Notes: a model not told the origin generated them from the sequence alone. Shown: positions 11,610 to 24,025, counted from the whole stretch's first letter. The stretch: 63,913 nt of DNA, filler included, from Octopus bimaculoides (GCF_001194135.2; 7 parts of 7 records of this genome joined end to end with filler, not necessarily neighbours in it), one strand, 5' to 3'. Numbers and translations: made by a program.

Positions 11610-13344
11610 TTGTAAGTAGTTTTTCGTAACTTCATATTTTCCGACGCTACTCTATCTCTTTCTCTTTCTCTTCCTCTATCATTTCCCCCCCTCTCGTTCT
11701 TCCTCTTTACTACTACATATCTCGCTTTACCCCTCTCGTTCTTCCTCTGTTACTACTACGTATCTCTTTTTCCCCCTCGTACTTCCTCTCTTTCTCTTTT
11801 CCTCTCGTTGCTCACCTATTCTTCTACTTCCTCCCTTTGTTTCTCCCTCTGCCACTCTCTCTTCCCCTTACACCGGCATGGTCACATGCTTCCGGTCAAT
11901 AATCCTTTTCTTCCTTGGCTGTCGCCGAGCAAACACACGAACCGTTTCGTCCCTNNNNNNNNNNNNNNNNNNNNNNNNNNNNNNNNNNNNNNNNNNNNNN
12001 NNNNNNNNNNNNNNNNNNNNNNNNNNNNNNNNNNNNNNNNNNNNNNNNNNNNNNNNNNNNNNNNNNNNNNNNNNNNNNNNNNNNNNNNNNNNNNNNNNNN
12101 NNNNNNNNNNNNNNNNNNNNNNNNNNNNNNNNNNNNNNNNNNNNNNNNNNNNNNNNNNNNNNNNNNNNNNNNNNNNNNNNNNNNNNNNNNNNNNNNNNNN
12201 NNNNNNNNNNNNNNNNNNNNNNNNNNNNNNNNNNNNNNNNNNNNNNNNNNNNNNNNNNNNNNNNNNNNNNNNNNNNNNNNNNNNNNNNNNNNNNNNNNNN
12301 NNNNNNNNNNNNNNNNNNNNNNNNNNNNNNNNNNNNNNNNNNNNNNNNNNNNNNNNNNNNNNNNNNNNNNNNNNNNNNNNNNNNNNNNNNNNNNNNNNNN
12401 NNNNNNNNNNNNNNNNNNNNNNNNNNNNNNNNNNNNNNNNNNNNNNNNNNNNNNNNNNNNNNNNNNNNNNNNNNNNNNNNNNNNNNNNNNNNNNNNNNNN
12501 NNNNNNNNNNNNNNNNNNNNNNNNNNNNNNNNNNNNNNNNNNNNNNNGTGTGTGTGTGTGTGTGTGCTATTCAAAACGGTCTGACGTTGCTGTTCTCGAT
12601 CCCATCCCCTCTGTGTCTTTCTTTCTTTATTTCTTTCTTTCTTTCTTTCTTTCTTTCTGTCTCTCTTTTTCTTTCTCTCTCTCTGTCTTTTCTCTGCACG
12701 CCAATTCTCTCAAGCTGTTACCAGCATTCAAAGCACGTATCTATCACATTCTATTGCCCGATAAATTATCGACCTCTCTCCATCGATACATCTTCCTCTA
12801 CTTTGCTTTATTCTGAAACACACATAAAGTTAAGCTCCATCTCTTTATCAACCCGGAGAAGCTATAAATCTCCACCTATATCTCAATTCAATCAGATAGA
12901 AGCGACGAAATCACTGAATATTTTTGAATCGCTATCAACGTCCTTTTTCTCACATCATTACGTTTATCTGTCTATCTGTGTGTCCGCCAATCTGTCTGTC
13001 TGTCAGTCTGTCTGTCTGTCTGTCTGTCTGTCTGTATGTATGTCTGTATGTATGTATGTATGTTTGGCATTCTGTGCACGTTTCTCTGTTTGCTCGTCAG
13101 TTTGCCCGTCTGACAGACACAGAGTCAGAGAAGGCAAAAGCTCAGATCTTAAGTTCGAGAACAATTAGATTAGATTTCGTAAAGTTACTGAAAATTTCTT
13201 TAAAAGATTTAATTTTCTATTTCTAGCAAGTCCAACACCTGTCATCGATTCTTTTTGTTCGATTTGTTAGGTAGGTACAAACAAATTATTATTATGCGAC
13301 ACTCAGATGATCGTTTGGAATAAAGATGGTTTCTAATTTAGTCA

Positions 13345-13530
13345 CAAGCTCACCAGGGAGAATTTTGTCGATAATATTGTGCACAGTATTTGAATGTTAA
13401 TTTATTTTATTGATCCCTAAAGGATGAAAGGTAAAATTGACTCCGGAAGCATTTTAAGTGAGAACGTAAAGAGCCGGAATAAATACCGCAAAGCATTTTT
13501 CCTGATGCTCGAAGGATTCTGCCAGTTTCT
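13345..13530 (-). mobile_element. SINE family B, decayed copy
   Basis: Reverse complement CTGGCAGAATCC...AATGCTTTGCGGTATTT...TTTACGTTCTCA...CCTTTCATCCTTT matches the copy at 54455. Confidence 0.7.
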
Positions 13531-14472
13531 CAATTTCGTCTTTTGTTTTTAAAAATCAAACTTACAGAATTTGATTAATTTTACATATCAAAACAGAAGA
13601 CAGGAAAAACTTTGATATATTTCTAATTCCATGTTACATGTGTTTCATTACTAGATAGAAATTAGAAAGGTATACATGTTGGAAAAACATGACTAGGATC
13701 TCCTATCCGTAATTATCCAGACAATGATTAAAAAAGGTGAGTTCTGCTTTTTCGGACACGTTGAAGAGAGGCCTTGCTCTAAAACGATAAAACTCGCTTT
13801 TTACAGTGCACAAGCTATCGGTAGAATCGATAGAATGTAGGTCAAAATACTTTGCAGTATTTAGTAGTTCCTGCCCTTTACAATCTGAGTTCAGATTCGG
13901 CCAAAGTTGCTTTTCTTTCTTCTAGTTAAGTATCGGGGTCAATTTAATATTCTTATAATGCATCCTAGATATGAATAGATCTTGTTAATTTTATTTACTG
14001 GTTGATTGTACAGTTGTTGTTATTTAAACCCAAGTCAGATCTGATCAGGTTAGACATTTGATTAAAGACAATCCAGTAGTGGCCATACAGCATTTTTTAT
14101 GTACAAAGTACTCAGAAGCACGTTATCGAACACAGGACCTCATCCAATGGATCCATTTTACGACGGTGAAGTCTGATTTGAGGGATATTTGGTTGCTATT
14201 TGTAGCTAGTCGAGAGTCATTGTAGAGGCTCCTCGCTGACTCGTGGTTACACAATTTGTATGCTTGCTGGTTCACTGGAAGTTTATAGTTGCTTCGCAGT
14301 AGGCATGTTTTATCTCTCACTCTCTATCTATCTATCTTTCTATCTCTCTTTAACTCCGGTATACAGCACTTACTCGGTATTACCTGTATCTTTGGGTTTG
14401 GTTAAATCCAATAACCTCCTTAACCTTATCATTTGCTATTATTAGCACTTATAACGGGTAACACCTAAATAA

Positions 14473-16975
14473 TGGATAAAGAGATCCTTGGCTTCTCCCT
14501 TTTACTGTGCTCCTTCTAGCTAAGACTAGGGATCTCATCCGACGAATGAGATGGAAGGCCTTCTTCCACGATAACCAGACGTATAGGAACGACTCAAGTA
14601 ACAGCAAATTCAACATCACATCGTATAATAATCCGCCACACAATCCACATCTTGAAAAATTCGAAGCGGATATGAAATTCTCTAAATCCAATTCTTACTT
14701 TCAAAAAAGACTATCACAGACCATAAAAAAAATTACAAATTCCCCCAAATTACACATATTTTCTGACAAAACAGGAAATCTATATCCCATCACCATAGAG
14801 GAATACATCAAATTCATTAGGAACGAACTAAACAGGTCCTACAAGCTGGCATCAACATCTGCCTTAAATGAGGTCAACACCAGCCACTGCAAACTCACGA
14901 GGAAACTAAACGCGGACGACAGAACAGAGCCGTACTGCCCCACACCTCCACACTTCAACCTCAAGGATCATAAGAAGGATTTCATTACAAAATCATCTAT
15001 TCGCTTAATATGCCCTACCAAATCCGACCTCGGAAGAATCAGCAAAAATATTTTAGACAAGATAATACCTATTGTCAAAGAGAAGCTACACGCTAATCTA
15101 TGGTACCAAACCGGGGAGGTTATTGCATGGTTCCACACCGTGGAGAACAAAAACTCTTTCTCGTTCCTTCAATTTGATATTAACAACTATTACTCCTCTA
15201 TCTCTCCTAAACTTTTAAATATGGCTATTCTTTTCGCCAGGAATCTTACTTGCATAACCCCTTTGGAAATTAACATTATAATCAATGCACGCAAAACTCT
15301 TATATCCTTCGAAAACAAACTCTGGTGCCGAGCTAATCAACATAGTAATAGCTCTAACAAATTATTCGATATAACCATGGGATCTTCTGATTCCGCCCAG
15401 GCCACAGATTTAGTTGGATTATATATACTTCACCAATTACGATCACATTTCCCTAACATCCGTGGTGGTCTATATAGGGACGATGCTTTACTAATTGCCA
15501 AGGCTATCAATAAATCTTCCATGGAGAGGACTAAAAAGGATCTACACAAATTCTTCTCAAATATGAATCTATCAATAACATTTGAAAACGCGTATAAAAC
15601 GGCTAACTTTCTAGACGTCTCTCTGAACCTATTAAACTCGCAGCACTCCCCCTATCATAAACCTAACCAGTACCTAAAATACCTCAATATTCACTCTAAT
15701 CACCACAGATCTACTTTCGATAACATAATCATGGGAATCTCAACCTGCATATCTGATATATCCTCTTCCGAAGAAATCTTTAACAACCACGCTCCTTACT
15801 ACAATCAAGCACTAGCGGCTAGTGGTTTCTCCCAACAAATAAAATACATCCATAACACCAGACTTAAACAATCTATATCCCAAATCACACCCCAAAGACA
15901 TAACACTAATCACAACCACAACCAACCACCCACATATTCCAACAGACCCCACAAACACACTTATAACACTAGGGTTAAATCTAAGATGTATAAAACAGTT
16001 AGCTACATCAAAAATATAGACAACTGCCCTCCACCTAAATACTTAGATTACAACACACACAGAACCCCCCCCNNNNNNNNNNNNNNNNNNNNNNNNNNNN
16101 NNNNNNNNNNNNNNNNNNNNNNNNNNNNNNNNNAGCCAAATCTTTCTTTAAAATACTAGATTCTAACTTCCCCCGATAACACAAATACCATTCTATATTC
16201 AATAGATCCACTTTAAAACTGTCGTATTCTACCACTCCTAACTTCGAATCTATTATAGCAACTTCTAATAAACATAAACTTTCGCTCTATTACCAAAACT
16301 TACACAACCATAACTATGCTAGCACTAACACTCGGCGCATGCATATACCCAACACGGACATCAATATACGTTCATCTAACACTAACGCTCGTACACTCGA
16401 ACAAAACCACAGTGGATCCCAACCCGCTAATATTCTCGTTAATAACAATACCATACCCTATAATAATAACAATGATAGGACAAATAACTATAACAATAAT
16501 TCCATTGATCTAAATTCTTCTACATCCCCTAATAACATATCCTCCAATAATAATACCTCACCCACCACTGAACACAATCCCCAAGTCTCATCTACTTGTA
16601 ACTGTCGCTCTGGGACAATCTGCCCGCTTCAAACGCATTGCGTAAGATACAACGTAATATATAAATGCACCGTAAGAAATCTATTACATAACTCTACAGC
16701 TACATACATAGGTGCAACTAAAAACTTCAAAGATCGCTACGCAGCCCATTTGCACTCTTTTAGATATGACAAACACAGTAAATCTACAACATTAGCCAAC
16801 CACATTCATCACCTCAAAAGCAGAAATAACCCAGTATACTTTAAAATGGTCCATCCTAGATTCCGGAACTCCATACCAACTTTGCTTAAAGGAGGCGTTC
16901 CATATTTTAAGATACAATTCTCCCACTCTACTTAATCGATATAATGAAGCATTTAGTACCTGCAATCACCGTTTT
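14473..16975 (+). pseudogene. Naiad PLE polyprotein: reverse transcriptase plus C-terminal GIY-YIG endonuclease, few lesions
   Basis: MDKEILGFSL (ATG 14473, out of frame through a small deletion), then LIRRMRWKAFF, DKTGNLY, FNLKDHK, RLICPTKSDLGRISK, FLQFDINNYYSSI, TMGSSDSAQATDLVG, GLYRDDAL, FLDVSLNL, YHKPNQYLKYLNIHSNH. After the gap: FPR*HKYHSIFNRSTLKLSYS (TAA 16177), CNCRSGTICPLQTHC, NVIYKC...TYIGATKNFKDRY..H, a frameshift near 16830, then LKWSILD..PY/QLCLKE..LLNRYNE..TCNHR. Confidence 0.9.
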
Positions 16976-17810
16976 TCCATACATTTAAATTTTATCACAG
17001 ACAAAAATGCACAAATGATGACACAACATAATCACACTGCTCCCTATAGGCAACCTATTCGACCTAGCAAAATCATCCATCTTATACCATTTTTTTGATC
17101 CTATCACTACTCAATATATGTTCCCCAAATTTACTTCCTCTACACTTACTTGGCAATAACACCACCACCACATACAGGCTACTTGGTAACTTTTGATCCC
17201 CCTTCCACCATCTGTAAATTAGGTTTAGCTCTATTTTTTAGAATATGGTACTACTAATTCTTTCTCTCTCTCCTTCCTACTTTAATACTGTCTTTGGACT
17301 GTCACCCATACCCTCACCACTTATAGTCTACCCCTCCATACTACCTCTGCGCATTCCTTCTTCCTTACTAAACCTTTACCCCTATCCCCCTTGCTCCTTC
17401 GCTCCCAATACTCATTCTCTCTGTCCAGTCAGATTAACTGACCACAAAAAATTTCAATACCATTCCCCACCTGAATCACTTCTCTATCCCCTTCCACTTC
17501 TGTCTTTAAGACTTGACCTATTTACCCTACACACATTTCTCACTTGATTTGAGACATCCTGCAAATAAACACACGCAGTATACTTCGGACACGATATGAG
17601 ATATAGCCACCTCTGCTATTTCAGCCTTTCATACAGCAACTATCTCCGGAAAATTCCCACAAGGATTATTTACACGGATACTTACTACTGGAATGAAGCT
17701 ACACTCCAAGTATTGTTCTTTCTTTCTTCTTTCAGCGCATCACACTCACTCTCACTTCCTACTATAACTCTCCGCCTATAGATATAATAATCGATTCCTT
17801 TACTATTTCT

Positions 17811-17859
17811 GTCTCCGATGAAGGGAAGCATTGGATCTTCCCTGAAACAGCTGTAAGAC
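17811..17859 (+). ncRNA. Minimal type I hammerhead ribozyme (PLE-type)
   Basis: GTCT-CCGATGA-AGGGAAG(CATTGGAT)CTTCCCT-GAAA-CAGCTG-TA-AGAC: 4-bp stem I, CCGAUGA core variant, perfect 7-bp stem II, GAAA, palindromic stem III CAGCTG and a GUA cleavage triplet. Confidence 0.85.
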
Positions 17860-18693
17860 TCTATCCATAAAATATATTTCTAACTTTACCATTGTTCTCT
17901 TTATCCTTTTATATATTTATACATATATATANNNNNNNNNNNNNNNNNNNNNNNNNNNNNNNNNNNNNNNNNNNNNNNNNNNNNNNNNNNNNNNNNNNNN
18001 NNNNNNNNNNNNNNNNNNNNNNNNNNNNNNNNNNNNNNNNNNNNNNNNNNNNNNNNNNNNNNNNNNNNNNNNNNNNNNNNNNNNNNNNNNNNNNNNNNNN
18101 NNNNNNNNNNNNNNNNNNNNNNNNNNNNNNNNNNNNNNNNNNNNNNNNNNNNNNNNNNNNNNNNNNNNNNNNNNNNNNNNNNNNNNNNNNNNNNNNNNNN
18201 NNNNNNNNNNNNNNNNNNNNNNNNNNNNNNNNNNNNNNNNNNNNNNNNNNNNNNNNNNNNNNNNNNNNNNNNNNNNNNNNNNNNNNNNNNNNNNNNNNNN
18301 NNNNNNNNNNNNNNNNNNNNNNNNNNNNNNNNNNNNNNNNNNNNNNNNNNNNNNNNNNNNNNNNNNNNNNNNNNNNNNNNNNNNNNNNNNNNNNNNNNNN
18401 NNNNNNNNNNNNNNNNNNNNNNNNNNNNNNNNNNNNNNNNNNNNNNNNNNNNNNNNNNNNNNNNNNNNNNNNNNNNNNNNNNNNNNNNNNNNNNNNNNNN
18501 NNNNNNNNNNNNNNNNNNNNNNNNNNNNNNNNNNNNNNNNNNNNNNNNNNNNNNNNNNNNNNNNNNNNNNNNNNNNNNNNNNNNNNNNNNNNNNNNNNNN
18601 NNNNNNNNNNNNNNNNNNNNNNNNNNNNNNNNNNNNNNNNNNNNNNNNNNNNNNNNNNNNNNNNNNNNNNNNNNNNNNNNNNNNNNNNNNNNN

Positions 18694-18762
<69 letters not shown>

Positions 18763-19109
18763 CATACATACATATATCATATAAAACAGTTTGATTTGGT
18801 TCTATGCGACTTAAAGTTTCGCAGCCAGGGCAGGGAAGCAACCGATGTTAAGGCGGTATGTCCGGATTATCGGTACCCTGTGGTTTGAAGTTCATCAGAA
18901 GGGCGTACCTCTGGTGGAAGCAATTGGATAATTCACGTATATCCTATTGATAATGTAGTCTTTCACGGAGGCAGAGTGGTACCCTATTAATGATGATCCA
19001 TTCGATACTGGATGTTTTATTCCAGAGATCACAGAGCCTGTAGAGAAAGTAAGGCAATGAAGTGGAATTTTCCCTATCCCTGCATCTGAGCGTATCTTCC
19101 CTTGAAATC

Positions 19110-19460
19110 GTTGGCAGGAAACCTACGAAAACTGAGATGGAACGGAGCTAGTATGCTTCGTTGTACGACAAAGTGCAAATGCAGTGAGAAAAAAATTGGG
19201 CATAAGAGGAATCAGATTTAAAGAGCAAGAAAGAAGACTGTGCCATTTCGATCATGTGATACATATGGATGGGGACAGCTATTTAAAGAAGTGCTGATCG
19301 CTTACAGTGGTTGAAACTTGATGAAGGAAACCCAGAAACACATGGGACGAAGTAATGAAGGCTGATCTCAAGATCTTGAACGTCATGGAAGAGACGACAA
19401 TGAACCGAGAAGACTGGCACTAGAGAAGACCTGTCCGTCACGGCGAAAGTGAGGTCCTAA
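19110..19460 (+). pseudogene. RTE-clade LINE ORF 3' end fragment
   Basis: KLGIRGIRFKEQERRLCHFDHVIHMDGDSYLKKC...RKPRNTWDEVMKADLK resembles the RTE C-terminal RLRWxGHVxRM...GRPRKTW signature. Contains stops. Confidence 0.75.
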
Positions 19461-20049
19461 GACATATTTATGCTTGTACATGCTGGACCCTGTCCTAGCA
19501 CCCAATCTACTCCCATCAAGCATTTCCCACAGCTTATCTTCCTGACACCCATCCGTCTATCACTTCATTCAGCTGCTGAAATTATTTGAGAGTAGAATCA
19601 GTATATACCTCATCTTGCTTTTGCTCTACCAGTTATCTCCTTATCCTGAACCATTTTCTATTTTACATCTATTCTTCATGTTTCTGTTTATTTCCATCAG
19701 TTTTAGATGTTAATATCATAACAGAGCTCATGTGGTTTTTGGTTCCCTGGAGGACAATTATTTTGAGGCAAGCCATATTTATGCAATTTGACTCCACTCA
19801 TTGACAAAACTGTGAGTACCATACTGTGAGAACTGAAGATAGCAACACAGAAATGAGCGTTAGCTGTGTGACTATGCTTCGTATTTGTTTATAATTTTCA
19901 GATAAGTTTATTTCCATTGTCTCCTCTAAAATTTATCCACAGATTACTGAGAGATAGCAATCTACATATCTTTAACAGAACCGGAAGGAGATTTCGCAGG
20001 TTTGAAGACGATTGTGAAACAACGGATTCCACTGTTGTTTTCCACTGGC

Positions 20050-20360
20050 TATCACTTTAAAAGATAACAGATCTAATTCCAGTATTGACCCTACCTGTAG
20101 ACTGTTAAATCCAGCGAAAACTGAAATTAGTTAAGTAGCCAAAAAATACCAAGAAGTATTGACATTAGAATTAAGGAGACTACTAAACTACAGCAATTGG
20201 CAAATAACAGCATTGTCGTAGATTGGATTAGGAATTTAAAGGATAAGCGTAGAGCCAGATTTATACATTTTGATATTGTAGCTCCCTTGATATCAAGATC
20301 ATTGCTGGATAAGGCGATTCAGTTCGCAAAAAGATATGTCAATATTGACAATATATATGT
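20050..20360 (+). pseudogene. Naiad-type PLE RT fragment
   Basis: TLKDNRSN..DPTCRLLNPAKTEIS*VAK.../VVDWIRNLKDKRRARFIHFDI..ISRSLLDKAIQFAKRY parallels NLKDHK..IRLICPTKSDLGRISK..VIAWFHTVENK..FLQFDI..ISPKLLNMAILFAR of the 14507 ORF. It is cut by a SINE at 20364. Confidence 0.8.
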
Positions 20361-20363
20361 CGG

Positions 20364-20460
20364 TAAGCTGGCAGAGTCGTTAGTACACCGAGAAAAATGC
20401 TTAACGGCATTCCGTCCGTCTTTACGTTCTCAGGTCAAATTCCGCTGAAGTCGACCTTGT
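20364..20460 (+). mobile_element. SINE family B partial
   Basis: GCTGGCAGAGTCGTTAGTACACCGAGAAAAATGCTTAACGGCATTCCGTCCGTCTTTACGTTCTCAGGTCAAATTCCGCTGAAGTCGAC. Confidence 0.8.
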
Positions 20461-20989
20461 CATATATGGCATCTGAAGATCAATTATACACCGCATACAA
20501 TCAAGTTGTACATCGTAGTGAGATCCACGCCACATGTACATGGATCAAAGAGATGCAAGCTATGTGTAACCGAAAGGTTTCTTTTTAGAATCAATAATTC
20601 CACCACACTACTTAATTCTAGATCCAGATTTTTTAACAAATGAAAATTTCTTTTATCAGACAAATTTCTTTTATCAGATTGGAGGACATCAACCTCTCCT
20701 GATTGAGCTTACTGTCCCACAGACTTTAGCCTCTTCCCCGTTGAATTATTCTACAACTGGTATATTAATTATGATTTCGAGAAACAAAGGGGATGCAACT
20801 CTTAGTTTTCTGTCCTTTCATTCTCTATTAGTATTTTCTTCTTGTTTTCTCGCCGCTCCTTTTCTTATTCCACCTTTTGCATTAACCTTCCTCTTGCTTT
20901 TGCTCGGGTTTTCTCATAGACCAGCGTCCACAAGGCATGATATATAAATCTGCCGAATTATTGGTTTTCCACAGCATGAAACTATTAGT

Positions 20990-21646
20990 AGATCATATTT
21001 GAATATATACCCGTTAACATATAAAAGGAATTAATATATGAAAAGATTTGCACAAAACCACTTTTTGGTGTTTTGATCGAAGTTTTTCTCATTGAAAAGA
21101 ACCATGCACGTCATGTTGGTGATTTTTTTTTACCTTATTAAGTAGTCGCTTGGTACGGATCAAACGGTTTTCTTGTGTCTTTGCAGACATGAAATGGCTT
21201 CTCTTCAATACATACAACTTGCATAGAATGTCCTTATACACCACAGTTCTGACAGTCGACTCTGACACAGGAAGATCTTTTGCAAAGATCTCCATTGATT
21301 TTCAGAGATCATCATTGATAATGTTTTGAATCCATAAGTTGAACTGTGGCGTTCGAATATTTAGAATATTTCTTTTTTCTTTTTGATACAGTTGAAACAT
21401 TCCTGCTAGAAGATTCCAATACCACCCGAACTTTACATACAGAAAATAGTGCAACATTTTAGAAAGTTGGAAATTTCTAAATCGCTGAACTCCGCACATA
21501 TAGCAACAATGACTACATGTCGTTTTTTTTTTCTTGTGTAAGCATTTTGCCTGGAATATGATCTGAAAGAAATGAAACCATTTTAATTGGTATGAAGAAA
21601 GTAATATACTGATAATTAAGTATCCTCAAATACCGATCGCATCATG
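20990..21646 (-). mobile_element. maT/DD37D-like Tc1-mariner fragment (5' half)
   Basis: Minus strand gives IFAKDLPVSESTVRTVVYKDI..YVLKRSHFMSAKTQENRLIRTKRLLNK, then F.NEKNFDQN (FSDEKNF-like). The end TA|CATGATGCGATCGGTA resembles the TIR at 37306. Confidence 0.65.
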
Positions 21647-21717
21647 TATATNNNNNNNNNNNNNNNNNNNNNNNNNNNNNNNNNNNNNNNNNNNNNNNNN
21701 NNNNNNNNNNNNNNNNN

Positions 21718-21755
<38 letters not shown>

Positions 21756-21787
21756 CACACGTGCGCACACACGCACATATATACATT

Positions 21788-21820
<33 letters not shown>

Positions 21821-22514
21821 GTATGTATAAGCATGTTGTAAACATATGATTTACATATATAAATGATTTACTAAGAACATAAGTTCATTCCTTTTAAAAC
21901 ATCCAATAGCTTAGTCGTTGTTATTGCACAACAAACTAAATATTGTGAGATAAGTAGTGCAAGAAACAGGACATGTTGTATGTTATTAGTCACAGCTCTT
22001 TCGATCAGTATTGTTGCAGGGATCTTTTGCAAAGATCATGAGCAAGTTAAGGAATAATTAAAAAAGTATGGACTTTTATCTCTTAGAAAAAAATTTAAAA
22101 TAAATAGAAAAAAAGAATTTCATCCATTATCGTAATTTAATCCTTTGAAAAACATATCCCTGCATATGTTTGTAAAGCCATTGAAATGAAAATTAGATTA
22201 TAAAACATGCAGTAAAAAGAAACAGAATACCAAAACACAATAACCTTTATTGTTTAAATCAAGTTCGGTCCTCAGCAAACAGTTCAAATATCAACGCCGT
22301 TCCATCCATCATTGTCAAGAACTTTAGTTTCCAAACGTTTACGTTATATATGGGACGTATAAAATTGTATACTATCCAGTGTTTCCTTTTCTTTTAAGGT
22401 CGTTGGATGTGATTTCAGGAAGATTTAACAGCTTTTACTAACAGATAGAGTGACAATGAGTTTCTCATAGATCAATTTCCTAATGTAAAACGGCAAAACA
22501 CAGTTATTATATAT

Positions 22515-22566
<52 letters not shown>

Positions 22567-23116
22567 GCACNNNNNNNNNNNNNNNNNNNNNNNNNNNNNN
22601 NNNNNNNNNNNNNNNNNNNNNNNNNNNNNNNNNNNNNNNNNNNNNNNNNNNNNNNNNNNNNNNNNNNNNNNNNNNNNNNNNNNNNNNNNNNNNNNNNNNN
22701 NNNNNNNNNNNNNNNNNNNNNNNNNNNNNNNNNNNNNNNNNNNNNNNNNNNNNNNNNNNNNNNNNNNNNNNNNNNNNNNNNNNNNNNNNNNNNNNNNNNN
22801 NNNNNNNNNNNNNNNNNNNNNNNNNNNNNNNNNNNNNNNNNNNNNNNNNNNNNNNNNNNNNNNNNNNNNNNNNNNNNNNNNNNNNNNNNNNNNNNNNNNN
22901 NNNNNNNNNNNNNNNNNNNNNNNNNNNNNNNNNNNNNNNNNNNNNNNNNNNNNNNNNNNNNNNNNNNNNNNNNNNNNNNNNNNNNNNNNNNNNNNNNNNN
23001 NNNNNNNNNNNNNNNNNNNNNNNNNNNNNNNNNNNNNNNNNNNNNNNNNNNNNNNNNNNNNNNNNNNNNNNNNNNNNNNNNNNNNNNNNNNNNNNNNNNN
23101 NNNNNNNNNNNNNNNN

Positions 23117-23161
<45 letters not shown>

Positions 23162-23322
23162 ATGTATATGTATATGTATATATATGTAATATATATACTC
23201 ATACATACAATATGCATTTGCATGCATATATATGCATACACATATACATGCATATTTATATACATATATGGATATATGTTTATGTCTCTCTCTCTCTTTC
23301 TCTCTATCTATCTATATTTTTT

Positions 23323-23690
23323 TTACTTGTTTCAGTCATTAGACTGCGGCCATGCTGGGGCACCACCTTGAAGAATTTATAGTCGTATGAATCGATAGCA
23401 GTGCCTATATTTTTAAAACCTGGTACTTTATCAGTCTCTTTGGCTGAACCTCTAAGTTACGGGAACATGAACACACCAATATCGGTTGTCAAGCGGCAGT
23501 GGTGGTGGTGAGGACAAACACATACACAAAGCATGCGCACGCACACACGTTCACACGCGCACGCACGTACAGACACACTCACACATACACACTAATACAC
23601 ACAAAAACACACATACACATACACACATACACACACACGGCGGGCCTCTTTCAGTTTCCGTCTTGCAAATCCACTTATAAAACTCTCGCT
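23323..23690 (-). mobile_element. SINE family A body/tail with internal (CA)n microsatellite
   Basis: TTTTACTTGTTTCAGTCATTAGACTGCGGCCATGCTGGGGCACC...CTAAGTTACGGGAAC...TCGGTTGTCAAGCG, then CA-rich sequence, then CTTTCAGTTTCCGTCT..CAAATCCAC. Confidence 0.8.
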
Positions 23691-23819
23691 CTTTTCATTT
23701 ACTAATTCTGACTTCGACTTCTGATTCAAACGCTGGATATAATTGAAAACGGAAATGTGAACAGTGTACTTTTTGAGTTTATGTGAAATACTCTGAATTT
23801 GATGATGTGTACTCAGAGG

Positions 23820-24025
23820 TGGATACCTGGCAGAATCGCCAGCACGTTGGACAAAATGCTTTGTGGCATTTCGTCCGTCGTTATGTTCTGAGTTCAAATC
23901 TCGCAGAGGTCGATTTTGCCTTTCATCCGGGTCGATAAAACAAGCACCAGTTGAGCACTGGGATCAATGTAATCGACTTATCCCTTCCCAGAAATTGCTG
24001 GCCTTGTGTCAAAATTTTAAACCAA
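23820..24025 (+). mobile_element. SINE family B
   Basis: CTGGCAGAATCG...TTATGTTCTGAGTTCAAATCTCGCAGAGGTCGATTTTGCCTTTCATCC...GGTCGATAAA...CACTGGGATCAATGTAATCGACT. Confidence 0.85.

Larger units (their letters stand above)
14473..17930 (+). mobile_element. Penelope-like element, Naiad type, near full length
   Basis: Has RT, CxCx5C and GIY-YIG coding regions followed by a C/A/T-rich 3' region carrying a hammerhead ribozyme at 17811-17859, ending in T-rich sequence before (TA)n. Confidence 0.85.

Noticed and set aside
13700-13830. Possible RTE C-terminal remnants (FFGHVEE at about 13750; KPKMRFKDQL at about 49680)
   Set aside because: The matches are too short for a confident feature call.
16597-16975. 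Selenoprotein-type Naiad (UGA at conserved endonuclease cysteines plus SECIS)
   Set aside because: Some Naiads are reported to use selenocysteine, but here the knuckle and endonuclease cysteines are TGT/TGC (16597, 16603, 16621, 16639, 16961). The only in-frame stop is TAA, and I saw no convincing SECIS.
17892-18841. Long ORFs of 200-400 aa in the track (also 11808-13168, 22472-23382, 28413-29459, 35980-36828, 57366-58169)
   Set aside because: Their length is made up of X from N gaps plus dinucleotide repeats.
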